From assembly GCA_965227295.1 (NCBI GenBank), contig OZ245742.1, forward strand, positions 4,192,001 through 4,256,000: a stretch of 64,000 bases of DNA. The letters are read 5' to 3'. Below the pieces are notes generated by a model that was not told the origin of the DNA, searched no databases, and was given only the letters and a program-made list of their open reading frames with translations. Source of the DNA: Leptonemataceae bacterium (lineage in GTDB: Bacteria; Spirochaetota; Leptospiria; Leptospirales; Leptonemataceae). The translations under genes and the position numbers were made by a program. This document shows, piece after piece, positions 47,660 to 57,916 of the stretch. The stretch's first letter is position 1; the number at the start of each line of letters is the position of its first letter.

Positions 47660-47840
47660 TGCAGCTAACTCCTCTGTTCAGTGTGCTGATCGTGCTGATT
47701 GCCGATATCTCTCGAAACGGCTGTATCTTACGGAACGGTTCGGGGGCGCGAACGCCCTGTTTCAGTATTATCGATTCGGCGGTGCCGAAAAGCAACTCCC
47801 GGGGGTGAAAGAATCGTGCGGACGAGGTAAAAATGAGTGC

Positions 47841-49889
47841 TCAGCGTGCGGGCTGCCCTGAATTCCGTCGCATGGATTCCAGTTTTTTCAGTTCCTTTAA
47901 GAGATTTCCGTTTTCTTCTATAAGATACGATTGATCGATTGAATCGGCCACCGTGTAGCGACGCTCGTTTTCCGCTATTCTTTTTTTCAACTGGAGGATC
48001 TGATGCTCCACCAGCAAGTCGCGGAGAACGGAACGCTCCAGGTGAAAATCCCGATTCCCCCCGCCGTCCGATCCCGAGCCGGCCTCTTCGCGACGTAACA
48101 CGGCTTCCGTGAAGCCCTGCAGGGTCTCCTCCGGCAGTTCAAAGCGGCCGAAGTCGTCCGGCCGCCATAGATTACCGGTCAGGTAACGCGTTTCGAGATA
48201 ACGCCACAGAAACTCCGCCTGGGCGTCCTCAAATTCCACACCGGCCACATCCTGCTGGAACTCGCCGAAGATCGCCGGGGCGAACAACAATTCCAGGACG
48301 ATAGCCCGCTCGCACGAGGCAATCCGCCGGAGCAACGGGTCCGGGCGGCCACGGTTCTGGCGCTGCACGCCGACCGCACGGGCAGGCCGGGCCGGCTCGC
48401 CCGCGAACTCCGGGTCCGGCCCGGGGCCCTGCCCTTCCCGGGAACGCGCCGGTGCCGGACGGCTACCGAATGCGGCATCCCGGCGTACTCCAGGACGACC
48501 GGCCTGTTCCCATTCTCGCAAGACTTCCACCGGATTGAGTCCCAGCATCCGGCCGGCTTCTTCCAGCAAGAACACGCGATCCGACTCCCGACCGATCTCC
48601 CCCACGCCGGCAAACAGCCGATCCAGGCCCGGCCGCTTTTCCGTGCCCCGGGGCATGGCCGCCTGAAGTTCTCCCAGGTAAAACTCCCGGGCGTTGCGGG
48701 CGAACTCCCGGGGATCGTCCCATTGTCGCCCGTCGGCGAAACCGGCGAACCGATCGGGGAACATCGTTTCGAGCAGATAGAATTTTTCCGCCGGAATCCG
48801 ACCGTGCTCCAGCAGCTCCGCGATTTGTGGGGCCGGCGTTTTCATGGAAAGGTCGAAGGGATCGAGGCCGCCGGGCAACAGGAGGACCTGGGACCCCAGA
48901 CCGCCCTGCTCCAGGGAGAGGCGCGCGAACTTGAGCGCAGCGCGGCGCCCGGCCCCGTCGCCGTCGAAGATGCACAACAGTTTCGAAGAATAACGCGAGA
49001 TTAACTTTAAGTGATCCGCGGTTAGCGCGGTGCCCAGGGGCGCGCAGGCGTTTCGAAAGCCGGCCTGAGACAGGCCGATCACGTCCATATACCCTTCGAC
49101 CAGGATGCATTCGCCCTGCGAACGGATCTCGCTCATGCCGTGATACAATCCGTAGAGCACCCGGCTCTTATGAAAGAGCGCCGACTCCGGCGAGTTGATG
49201 TACTTCGCCGCCTTACGTTCCGGATCCGGATTGTCCTGGGGCATCGCCCGTCCGCCGAAGGCGACGGCCCGCCCCGCCCCGTCACGGATGGGAAAGAGGA
49301 TGCGATCCCGAAAGAAGTCGTACGGCGGCCGATCCTCGCGCCCCTGCTTGAGCAGACCGAGTTCCACGAGCTCTTTTTCATCGCCCTGGAACTTGTTCCG
49401 CAGCCACTCGAAGGAATCCGGGGACGCGCCCAGGGCAAACGTCTCGATGGTCTCGGAGGTCAGCCCGCGTTTCGCCAGATACTCGCGATTGCGTCGTCCC
49501 TCCGACGAGGCCAGGTAGGTCTGGAACGCGCGGAGCACGCGCTCGTTCAGTTCACTGAGTTTGTCCCGGCGATCATTGCCCCGCCCGCCCTTTTTCAAAT
49601 GCGCCGGTTTTTCGATACCGGCAAAACGCGCCAGGGTATCCAGGGCCTCGGGAAACGGCAGACCCTCGTGGTCCATGACAAAACGCAGCAGGTCTCCGCC
49701 CTTGCCGCAACCGAAGCAATAGAAGAAACCCTTCTCCGGCGTGACACTGAACGACGGCGTCTTCTCCGAATGAAACGGACACAGTCCGATCAGGCGTTTC
49801 CCCGCTCGTTTGAGTGCCACGGTTCGGCCGATGTAGGCCTCGATCGGCACCGCGGTCAGCACCTGTTCTTTGAAATCCTGAGAGTTCAC
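47841..49889 (-). CDS. dnaG: DNA primase
   Basis: CPFHSEKTPSF, CFGC, FGGR, KYINSPES, VEGYMDV, FDGDGAG. Confidence 0.97.
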   Translation of the reverse strand: MNSQDFKEQVLTAVPIEAYIGRTVALKRAGKRLIGLCPFHSEKTPSFSVTPEKGFFYCFGCGKGGDLLRFVMDHEGLPFPEALDTLARFAGIEKPAHLKKGGRGNDRRDKLSELNERVLRAFQTYLASSEGRRNREYLAKRGLTSETIETFALGASPDSFEWLRNKFQGDEKELVELGLLKQGREDRPPYDFFRDRILFPIRDGAGRAVAFGGRAMPQDNPDPERKAAKYINSPESALFHKSRVLYGLYHGMSEIRSQGECILVEGYMDVIGLSQAGFRNACAPLGTALTADHLKLISRYSSKLLCIFDGDGAGRRAALKFARLSLEQGGLGSQVLLLPGGLDPFDLSMKTPAPQIAELLEHGRIPAEKFYLLETMFPDRFAGFADGRQWDDPREFARNAREFYLGELQAAMPRGTEKRPGLDRLFAGVGEIGRESDRVFLLEEAGRMLGLNPVEVLREWEQAGRPGVRRDAAFGSRPAPARSREGQGPGPDPEFAGEPARPARAVGVQRQNRGRPDPLLRRIASCERAIVLELLFAPAIFGEFQQDVAGVEFEDAQAEFLWRYLETRYLTGNLWRPDDFGRFELPEETLQGFTEAVLRREEAGSGSDGGGNRDFHLERSVLRDLLVEHQILQLKKRIAENERRYTVADSIDQSYLIEENGNLLKELKKLESMRRNSGQPAR

Positions 49890-50004
49890 GACTCCCTACT
49901 ATAATACGACATAATCCAAAGGCGAATCTGCTCAGCACAGTGTACACTTTCAACTGCATTCAGGAATTTAAGTGTGCATAGTGATCCACGCTCCGGTGTT
50001 TAAC

Positions 50005-50129
50005 TCTTCGCGCCAGGGATACGCAGGATGCCGGCGCAAGCCGTCAGTCCGGAGCGCGAAGCGCGGAGGACCGAAGCGATAGCGGAGTCCGGAGTAGCCC
50101 GACCGACGCCGAAGGCGGCGGGAGCGCCC
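50005..50129 (+). repeat. REP-like palindromic repeat (intact; model of the empty attB); partial inverted copy at 50168-50190
   Basis: GGGATACGCAGG...CAGTCCGGAGCGCGAAGCGCGGAGGACCGAAGCGATAGCGGAGTCCGGAGTAGCCCG...GAGCGCCC. Confidence 0.85.
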
Positions 50130-50246
50130 AAAACTAAAAAGACAAAGTATCTATGTCAGTAAGATCTTTGGGGCGTTCCCCTCGCTGCGCGAGGAGCCAA
50201 TCAAGCCTCTCTACCTCTCATCCTCCTGTGAAGAAGATCACAGGCT

Positions 50247-50702
50247 TCAGCCCTTCAGCTTCGCCATCACCAGGTTCTTCACGACACTGCCGTCGATATT
50301 CTGGCCCTTGAACTTACCCATCACCGGCCCCATGACCTTGCCCATGTCCGCGGGACTCGATGCGCCGGTTTTTGCCAGCACCTCGTCAATGGCCTTTGCG
50401 ATTTCCTCTTCCGGCACCGCCGGCGGCAGATAGCGCTCCAGGACTTCCAGCTCGGCTTGCTCTTTGGCCGCCATTTCGGCCCGGCCGCCCTTTTCGAACT
50501 GCTCCATGGCCTCTCGGCGTTTCTTGATCCCGCGCTGGATGATCTTCTCCACGGCGTCGTCGGCAATGTCGTCACTGCCGTCTTTGGTCATTTCGTACTG
50601 GAGATCGGATTTCAGCATGCGGAGCGTGGCCAGGTCGACCTCGGCCTTGCTCTTCATGGCCGCCTTCATGTCGGCCTGGATTTTCTCGTAGAGTTCACCC
50701 AT
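50247..50702 (-). CDS. GatB/YqeY domain protein
   Basis: DMKAAMKSK, LRMLK, KKRREA..QF..GGR, YLP, DMGKVMG. Confidence 0.93.
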   Translation of the reverse strand: MGELYEKIQADMKAAMKSKAEVDLATLRMLKSDLQYEMTKDGSDDIADDAVEKIIQRGIKKRREAMEQFEKGGRAEMAAKEQAELEVLERYLPPAVPEEEIAKAIDEVLAKTGASSPADMGKVMGPVMGKFKGQNIDGSVVKNLVMAKLKG

Positions 50703-50862
50703 GTTCGTCCTCGTTGTCTGGTATGATGCGCCGGCAGTACGCCCGGACATAGAAAATCCCCGAAATGCAACCAATTGAGGCCGCTCATCTTCGGGGATTC
50801 CCGGGGCTTTGACTGTCCGCCCGCCGGATAAGATTCGGAAAATATGTGCTATGAGGCGCGAC

Positions 50863-51075
50863 TCAGTTGTTGCGCTCTTTGCGGATCATCATGAGCCGCT
50901 TTTTCTCGCGTTTGCGGAGCGCTGCTTCCCGCTTGCGCTTCCGGCGCTCGGACGGTTTCTCGAAAAATTCCCGGCGCTTGATTTCGGACTGGATGCCCGC
51001 GTTGACACATTCGCGCTTGAAGCGCTTCAGTGCGGCGTCGATGGACTCGCCTTCTTTTACCTGTACTCCAATCAT
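50863..51075 (-). CDS. rpsU: 30S ribosomal protein S21
   Basis: [27 protein letters not shown]. Confidence 0.96.
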   Translation of the reverse strand: MIGVQVKEGESIDAALKRFKRECVNAGIQSEIKRREFFEKPSERRKRKREAALRKREKKRLMMIRKERNN

Positions 51076-51263
51076 TACAAACTGCTGTCCTGCCTCCGTA
51101 TTCCGGAAAGTAGGCGCCGGCGGCGCTGCATACTTTCGGGTTCTGCCAGTTTTTCAAGGGGGAAGGCAGAGTCAAGGGATTTCCTGGAAAGCCGGGTGTG
51201 CAGGCCTCCCGTCGTCCGGGGGCCCGCCGGCCCGTGTCCATTGCGAGCGACATGCTGACATGT

Positions 51264-51357
51264 GTACAGTAGTACCATTCACTGGTACATAAAATTATTA
51301 AAGTGAACATTTTCTCAGTTTGTACGAAAAAGTACTGTACCTTTGTACGACTTGTAC
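51264..51357. promoter_or_regulatory. AT-rich intergenic cluster of eight GTAC motifs
   Basis: GTAC at 51264, 51272, 51285, 51322, 51332, 51337, 51345, 51354. Confidence 0.55.
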
Positions 51358-51406
51358 CGTTAAACAAATCAGACATAATCCCTCAGCACCAGGAGATACA
51401 CGACAC

Positions 51407-51622
51407 ATGCAACTCGGTTCCGACGACTTTCGCAAACAACTCGCTCAGTACATCGACTTTCGCGGCATTGACATCGTCCTGCATCTAAAGGACGGTACCT
51501 GCATCGAACTCGACAAGAATCGCACCCTCGAAGGCGATGTAATCATTAAGAACGGTCGTGAGGGAACCGGTGCCAGCGTGCACATCGAAGAAGTCGTGAA
51601 AGCGGACTTCTTCGCGGCCTGA
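51407..51622 (+). CDS. Small hypothetical protein (71 aa)
   Basis: AGGAG RBS; followed by a terminator. Confidence 0.7.
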   Translation: MQLGSDDFRKQLAQYIDFRGIDIVLHLKDGTCIELDKNRTLEGDVIIKNGREGTGASVHIEEVVKADFFAA

Positions 51623-51631
51623 ACCAGACAG

Positions 51632-51653
51632 AACCGGCAGCGCCGGTTTTTTT
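51632..51653 (+). terminator. Rho-independent terminator
   Basis: AACCGGC-AGC-GCCGGTT + T run. Confidence 0.75.
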
Positions 51654-52620
51654 ATTTGCGGGCCACCGTACGGATTAGATCTCGATCGTCCCCGGCCAGC
51701 AAGCCTTCCTGCACGAACTTCTGCAGCATGAGATCGCCGGTTTCCTCATCCGGCGCTCTTTGCATGAGGCCGTAGATTAAGTCCAGTGAAAGTTTACGCC
51801 GCTCCGCCGGCTTCTTGTCTTCGTCGCGCATGATCGTCCGAATGGACTGTACTTCCTGCTTTTCCGCATCGAGAAAATTCGCCAGCGTGGAAAGGCGGCT
51901 TTGTACACTGTCCGGCAGATTTGAGAAGATACCCTGGCGCAGGTACGGAGCATAGTTCCGGCGAAAGCGTATGCGAAACCATTCGTCGGGCATGAATCGC
52001 AACAGCACGGGCTTGCGGTCGGCGATCTCGTCCAGTGCCGCCGCCTGCACTTCCTCGGACGAAAAGAACAGCAGGCCCACCGTAACGTGCAGGTTTCGAT
52101 CCGCCGTCATGGCAAGGACCTTTGCCCGGCGCTCCGGAGAAACGTTGTCCAGCGCAGCGAAGTACAAACGGCCGGACGCTTCACGAAACGTATCCCCCAT
52201 GGCGATGACGCGTTGGGTGAACTCGGGGATTTCCTCCTGCTCCGTCGGGCGATCACTGATTTCCAGAAATAACGAGAGGTCCGTAAAATCGCCGCCTACC
52301 CGCGCAATGTTACCCACTTCACGGATCAACAGCGTGCGCAGTTCTTCTTCGACGATGTAGACCAGGGCGGAATCGGTAAGTTTGCTCAGGAGTTCGTTGG
52401 AACGTTTCGAATCCAGGATGTTCAGCAGGAAGATAATGAAGTCCGAGTACTTCTGAACGAAGTTCTCAATGACGTGGGGCTCCAGCTCCGACAGCAGGCG
52501 GTACGACTTCCGGATTTCCAGGAGATTGATCTCCCGAAAAACACCGGCCGCGTACTCGAGAAACTCATCCGATTCCCCGCTGTCGGCACCGGAAGGAGAC
52601 TGAGGCGAGTCCGGGAGCAT
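51652..52620 (-). CDS. Hypothetical helical protein
   Basis: 322-aa ORF with host-like codon usage. Confidence 0.65.
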   Translation of the reverse strand: MLPDSPQSPSGADSGESDEFLEYAAGVFREINLLEIRKSYRLLSELEPHVIENFVQKYSDFIIFLLNILDSKRSNELLSKLTDSALVYIVEEELRTLLIREVGNIARVGGDFTDLSLFLEISDRPTEQEEIPEFTQRVIAMGDTFREASGRLYFAALDNVSPERRAKVLAMTADRNLHVTVGLLFFSSEEVQAAALDEIADRKPVLLRFMPDEWFRIRFRRNYAPYLRQGIFSNLPDSVQSRLSTLANFLDAEKQEVQSIRTIMRDEDKKPAERRKLSLDLIYGLMQRAPDEETGDLMLQKFVQEGLLAGDDRDLIRTVARK

Positions 52621-52775
52621 AGCTTGAAAATTAGACGGAAATTCCGTCTGCTAAGCCCTTCGGATTTTTCAGGCCCAGGCGACAACTATGATTCTGGTTT
52701 CGCCGGAAAACCTCCTCCCGTTAGCATCAGTTTTTACAATATTAACAGCAAACGCGGCCGGATTCCGCTCTGCCG

Positions 52776-53831
52776 TCATTCAAACAGCGAATGATTGCGT
52801 TCGCCTTCCACGGCCTGGCGAATGTCTTCGATGATTTGCCGGGCCTGGTCCGTCCAGGTGGAGTCCTCGTCCAGCGCGGCGTAGTGCTCGAAACATTCCA
52901 GGGCCTGCTCGAAGTACTTGAGCGAGTAGTAGAGCAAACCCAGATTGTAGTAGGCCTCGGGAAACTCCGGATCCAGTTCAATGCAGCTCTGGAAGTAACG
53001 AATGGCGGCGGCGTAGCGTTTTTCTTTGAAGTGAATGTTGGCGACGTTGTAGAGGGCCTCGACGCAGTCCGGATAGAGTTCCAGTGCCCGCTCGTAGTAA
53101 TGCAGGGCGTCGGCAGTCTTGTGATGTTCAAAGCAGAGATTGCCGAACTCGATGAGCGCGGCGACGTGATCCGGTTTCTCGCGGATGATTTCTTCCAGCA
53201 CCTGGCTGACCAGGCGAAAGTTGCCGGTGCCCAGCACTTTCAGGTAACGTTCTTCGAGACCCAGGACCGCGGGATCTTCCCCGAAGCCGCCCTCCCCCGA
53301 CGGCTCCGGGTGCAGGGGGCGGACATCACCGGAGTTCTTCCCGTCCCCCTCGTAGCGGAAATACAACTGCCCGGTCTCCGGATGCAGGAGCCGGCCCTGG
53401 TCCTTTCTTAATAAAGTACCGCTGCCATGCAGAGAAAGCCGATTGTGCCAGTCGGCCTCCGCCTCGTTTTCCACGATGCGACGGATGCGTTGGAGAGACA
53501 GGCCCTGCTTGCGAAAACTCGCAATGAGGCGAATGCGGACCAGATCCTGAAACGAAAGATCCCCGGGGTCGTCGGACACGCCGGGGCGCTCCGGCCCGAG
53601 TCCGGTCAAAAGACCGGTCTTACGCCAGTAGTCGATGTAGTGACGGGGGACCGCCAGTTTCAGCGCCGCTTCGGATACCTTCACCGCTATGCTCCATCCC
53701 CTGGTTTTTTTGTTCGCCGCGGGCCAAAAATCAGAGCGGCAAGGGGCTGCAATGCTTGCCAGAGGCGCCGCCCTGATGCACTCTGCCCGGGAGCCCCGGG
53801 GGATTATGTCTCTTGAAGAGTTTCGGGACAT
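52776..53831 (-). CDS. MerR-like HTH + TPR protein (start uncertain)
   Basis: IDYWRKTGLL...FQDLV..R.I...R.QGLSLQRIR; C-terminal TPRs (EALYNVA, EAYYNLG). Confidence 0.8.
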   Translation of the reverse strand: MSRNSSRDIIPRGSRAECIRAAPLASIAAPCRSDFWPAANKKTRGWSIAVKVSEAALKLAVPRHYIDYWRKTGLLTGLGPERPGVSDDPGDLSFQDLVRIRLIASFRKQGLSLQRIRRIVENEAEADWHNRLSLHGSGTLLRKDQGRLLHPETGQLYFRYEGDGKNSGDVRPLHPEPSGEGGFGEDPAVLGLEERYLKVLGTGNFRLVSQVLEEIIREKPDHVAALIEFGNLCFEHHKTADALHYYERALELYPDCVEALYNVANIHFKEKRYAAAIRYFQSCIELDPEFPEAYYNLGLLYYSLKYFEQALECFEHYAALDEDSTWTDQARQIIEDIRQAVEGERNHSLFE

Positions 53832-53922
53832 AATCTATACTGTTCCCTGACCGTGTAAAGCACGAATATCCAGAATATCCCGGCCGGCGAATCAACGACA
53901 GGAAAGTTCTCAGGAGAAGGCG

Positions 53923-56900
53923 ATGCAATCAGCCGACGACAAATTCACGCATCTACATCTTCACACCTCATACAGCCTCCTCGACGGGGCCATACGTATT
54001 CCGTCGCTCATGAAGAAGGTCAGGGAACTGGGCATGGACGCCGTTGCCATGACCGACCACGGCAACATGTTCGGCGCCATCGAATTCTATCGTTCCGCCG
54101 TACAGGAAGGCGTGAAGCCCATCATCGGCCTGGAGTTCTACGTCGCCCCGGGGGATCGCCGGGAGAAGAAGGTCCTTGAGAAACTTGCCGACGGCAACAA
54201 CTATCATTTAATCATCCTCGCACAAAACGAAACCGGTTATCGCAACCTCATTCGCCTGGCCAGCCGCTCGTACACCGAGGGTTTTTATCGTAAACCCCGC
54301 ATCGACTACGATCTGCTCGCCGACCACTCCGAAGGCCTGGTCTGCCTCACGGCCTGCCTGGGTGGTGAAGTGCAACGCAAGGTCCTCGCCGGCAAACACG
54401 ATGAGGCCGCGCATCTTTCCGGCAAGTTACGAGAAATCTTCGGTCGCGATCGTTTTTACCTGGAGATCCAGAACCACGGCCTGCCCGAGGAAATGGAAGT
54501 CGCGAAGGCGCACATCGAAATCGCAAAACGCAACGACATTCAGATCGCACTGACAAACGACTCGCATTTTCTCACCCGGGACGATCAAATCGCCCAGGAC
54601 ATTCTGCTGCGCATCAATCAAAAGAAAAACATCGAGGACGAACTGCACTTCGGCTTCAATCCGGAGTTCTACGTTAAGTCGCCTCAGGAAATGCGCCGGT
54701 TATTCCCGGACATTCCGGACGCGTTCTACGCCACACAACGCATCAACGAAATGATCGACCTCAACTTCGAGTTCGGCAATCCCCTGCTGCCGAAGTTCGA
54801 GGTGCCCGCGGGTGAAACCCTGAACACGCACATGCGCAAGCTCGCCGAACAAGGCCTGCGCCAGCGTTACGGCACCATCACCAAACAAATTCAAGAGCGC
54901 TTCGAATTTGAGTACGGTGTCATCACGAACATGGACTTCGCCGGTTACTTTCTCATCGTTCAGGATTTCATCAACTGGGCGAAGCGCGAAGGCATTCCGG
55001 TGGGACCGGGCCGCGGTTCGGCGGCGGGCAGCATCGTGGCCTACGCCCTGGGTATTACGGACATTGAGCCGCTGCGCTTCGGCCTGCTCTTTGAACGTTT
55101 CCTGAATCCGGACCGCAAAGAAATGCCGGATATCGACGTCGACTTCTGCGCCGAACGACGCGAGGAAGTCATCAACTACGTGCGCGCGAAGTACGGTTCC
55201 GAGAAGGTCGGCCAGATCATCACCTACGGAACCATGGCCGCGAAGGCCTGTCTCAAAGACGTGGCCCGGGTGCTGAACATTCCCTTTGACGAAGCCAATA
55301 ACATTTCGAAAATGTTCCCGGACGTGCTGAACATCTCCATCGACGAGGCCGTAGACGCTTCAAAGGAACTGCGGGACTACAGCAACAGCGGCGAGGTCCA
55401 GAAGAAACTTTTCACGGTGGCGCGCACCCTCGAAGGCAACGTGCGTCACACCGGCGTGCACGCGGCCGGCGTGGTCATCGCACCGCAGCCGCTCGAAGAG
55501 CTCGTGCCACTCGCGACCATCGCCAACAAGTCCGAGAAAAACGGCGAACGCGTCGCGGTGTCGCAGTACGACATGAACGCTCTCACGGACGTCGGCCTGG
55601 TGAAGATGGACTTCCTCGGCCTGCGCAACTTAACGGTTATCTCGCACTGCGTGAAGGGCATCAAGGAACGCGGCGGTCCCGAGCTCGACATGTCCACCCT
55701 GCCCCAGGACGATAAAAAGGCCTACGAACTGCTCGGCCGCGGCGATGTGAAAGGCGTCTTTCAACTGGAGTCCAGCCCCGGCATGCGCGAGTTTGTGCTC
55801 CGACTCAAGCCCGAACGCTTCGAGGATATTGTCGCTCTCATCGCCCTGTTTCGCCCCGGCCCGCTCATGGCCGGCATGGCGGATTCGTTCATCAACCGCA
55901 AGAAGGGCCGCGAGAAAGTCGTCTACCCGCATAAGGATCTGGAAGATGTCCTCTCCGATACCTACGGGGTCATCGTCTACCAGGAGCAGGTCATGCTCAT
56001 CTCCCGCGTGATCGGCGGTTTCTCCCCGGCCGAAGCGGACGCGCTCCGTAAGGCCATGGGTAAAAAGATTCACGACAAAATGGCCGCCATGCGCGTGAAG
56101 TTCATCGAGGGCGGCATCGCACGCGGCTACGGAGAAAAGTTTTCCGCCGATCTCTACGACCAGATGGCCCAGTTCGCGAGCTACGGTTTCAACAAGTCGC
56201 ACTCGGCGGCCTACGCGTACATCGTCTACCAGACCGCGTATCTCAAAGCGAACTTTCCCACGGACTACATGCGCGCGGTCCTCAACACGGAACTGGACCG
56301 CACCGAAAAACTGGTCAACTACATCGCCGACTGCAAGAACATGAACATCGAGATCCTGGGGCCCGACGTCAACGAGTCCGGCCACGGCTTCGCCTACGTC
56401 AAAGAAGGCACGCTGCGTTTCGGTCTCGGCGCCGTGAAAAACGTCGGGGATCCGGCGGTGGAAAGCATTCGGGAACAACGCAGCGAAGTTGACGGCGGCA
56501 GGTACACGTCGCTCTTTCAGTTCATGGAGTACGTGGACCTGCGGCAGTGCAACCGCCGCGCCATGGAATCGCTGATCTACGCCGGCGCCTTCGATAACCT
56601 GGGTTACACGCGTAAGGCGTTGATCGAAGGACTGGATGTGGCCTTTCATCACGGCCAGCAGCACCAGGCCGACCGCGAATCCGGGCAGAACTCGCTCTTC
56701 GGTGCCCTCGAAGGTTCGGCCGGCATGGCCGCCCAGGAGCCGATTCCCCGCGGCGAGGACGTCAACGAATTCGATTCCACGGAACTCCTGAAGCTCGAAA
56801 AAGAAGTCCTCGGTTTTTATTTCAGCGGACACCCCTTAAAGAAGTACGAGCGTACCTTAAAGAAAATCCGGGCCATCCCCATCGGCGCGTTGCCGGAAAT

Positions 56901-57498
56901 CGCCAGCGGCGCGAAGGTCGAGGTGGCCGGCGTAATCTCGGACTACAGCATTCGACTGACAAAAAGCGGCAAGGAGATGGCCCGCCTGAACATCGAGGAT
57001 ATGACCGGCACGGTGGAAGCAGTGATCTTTCCCTCGGCCTTCGAACGCATCAAACGCGACCTGGTAAAAGACACCCCGCTCTTCATCAAAGGTAATCTGG
57101 AGAAACGCGAGGACACGGGCACGCCGAACATGATCGTAAACGCCCTCGGGCCGTTGAACCACGACTCCTTAGAGGAAAAACAGGAGAAGGCCCTGCACCT
57201 CAAGCTCTCTCCGAACGCCCTGGATCCCAACTCCCTCGTCCAGTTGCAAACGATCCTGCGCGGCTCCCGGGGGAACTTGAGCGTCTACTTTCACCTGCAA
57301 CGCGGCAACAATGAGGACGACACCATGGTCATCCGCGCCCACGACAGCTTCAACGTAAACTTCACCCAGGAACTTTGCGACCGCCTCGCGCGATTGGATC
57401 AGGTGCAGGGCATTTACATCTCGGTGGGCGGCAACATCCATCGCCGCTACGACGTGAACTGTGCGAAGAACGAACAGCGGGCCGTGGTTTCGGCGTGA
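53923..57498 (+). CDS. dnaE: DNA polymerase III alpha subunit
   Basis: FTHLHLHTSYSLLDGA, TDHGN, GRGSAAGS, PDIDVDF, KMDFLGL, YGFNKSHS. Confidence 0.98.
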   Translation: MQSADDKFTHLHLHTSYSLLDGAIRIPSLMKKVRELGMDAVAMTDHGNMFGAIEFYRSAVQEGVKPIIGLEFYVAPGDRREKKVLEKLADGNNYHLIILAQNETGYRNLIRLASRSYTEGFYRKPRIDYDLLADHSEGLVCLTACLGGEVQRKVLAGKHDEAAHLSGKLREIFGRDRFYLEIQNHGLPEEMEVAKAHIEIAKRNDIQIALTNDSHFLTRDDQIAQDILLRINQKKNIEDELHFGFNPEFYVKSPQEMRRLFPDIPDAFYATQRINEMIDLNFEFGNPLLPKFEVPAGETLNTHMRKLAEQGLRQRYGTITKQIQERFEFEYGVITNMDFAGYFLIVQDFINWAKREGIPVGPGRGSAAGSIVAYALGITDIEPLRFGLLFERFLNPDRKEMPDIDVDFCAERREEVINYVRAKYGSEKVGQIITYGTMAAKACLKDVARVLNIPFDEANNISKMFPDVLNISIDEAVDASKELRDYSNSGEVQKKLFTVARTLEGNVRHTGVHAAGVVIAPQPLEELVPLATIANKSEKNGERVAVSQYDMNALTDVGLVKMDFLGLRNLTVISHCVKGIKERGGPELDMSTLPQDDKKAYELLGRGDVKGVFQLESSPGMREFVLRLKPERFEDIVALIALFRPGPLMAGMADSFINRKKGREKVVYPHKDLEDVLSDTYGVIVYQEQVMLISRVIGGFSPAEADALRKAMGKKIHDKMAAMRVKFIEGGIARGYGEKFSADLYDQMAQFASYGFNKSHSAAYAYIVYQTAYLKANFPTDYMRAVLNTELDRTEKLVNYIADCKNMNIEILGPDVNESGHGFAYVKEGTLRFGLGAVKNVGDPAVESIREQRSEVDGGRYTSLFQFMEYVDLRQCNRRAMESLIYAGAFDNLGYTRKALIEGLDVAFHHGQQHQADRESGQNSLFGALEGSAGMAAQEPIPRGEDVNEFDSTELLKLEKEVLGFYFSGHPLKKYERTLKKIRAIPIGALPEIASGAKVEVAGVISDYSIRLTKSGKEMARLNIEDMTGTVEAVIFPSAFERIKRDLVKDTPLFIKGNLEKREDTGTPNMIVNALGPLNHDSLEEKQEKALHLKLSPNALDPNSLVQLQTILRGSRGNLSVYFHLQRGNNEDDTMVIRAHDSFNVNFTQELCDRLARLDQVQGIYISVGGNIHRRYDVNCAKNEQRAVVSA

Positions 57499-57509
57499 GT
57501 CGGTGGTTC

Positions 57510-57889
57510 TTCAGGAGCCGTGGTTCGCGGCGGCAGCCGTGAAAAACATGAGGTAGTTGCGGGATTTTTGAGGGAAGTTTATGGCTGCGGTTCGTCACGT
57601 CGGCCGTGAGAAATATAAAGTAAGTCGCCGCATGTGTGAGGGGCTTTTATGGCTACAGCTTTGCGGGAGCCTCAATCTCGCTTCGGCGAGATTGAGGGAT
57701 AGGCCGGGACATGTCCGCCTTCAGAAACGTTGTGGATTTTCGTTTTGTTAAGAATGCTGCGTTCGACCCGGACGCCGATTTGCGACTCCGCTCCCGTTGG
57801 CGACTCTTACAACGACGACGCCGGGCCGGTCCGCCCGGCCCGCGCTCCCCGGAATGGCCTCCACCCGTCATCTGGAACCAGTCGTACCC
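57510..57889 (+). repeat. Diverged copy of the ~330-bp repeat with internal duplication/insertion
   Basis: TTCAGGAGCCG, CCGTGAAAAACATGA, TTATGGCTAC, TTGTGGATTTTCGTTTTGTTAAGA, TTCGACCCGGACG, CTGGAACCAGTCGTACCC. Confidence 0.8.
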
Positions 57890-57916
57890 GGAAAATTCCC
57901 GTAACAATCTCTCAGG

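Noticed and set aside
49926..49983. Imperfect inverted repeat upstream of dnaG (CACAGTGTACACTT...AAGTGTGCATAGTG)
   Set aside because: Single occurrence with several mismatches; no function can be supported
51475..51496. VLHLKDG heptapeptide shared between the 71-aa protein and the actin-like protein
   Set aside because: No similarity beyond a common strand-turn motif; treated as coincidence
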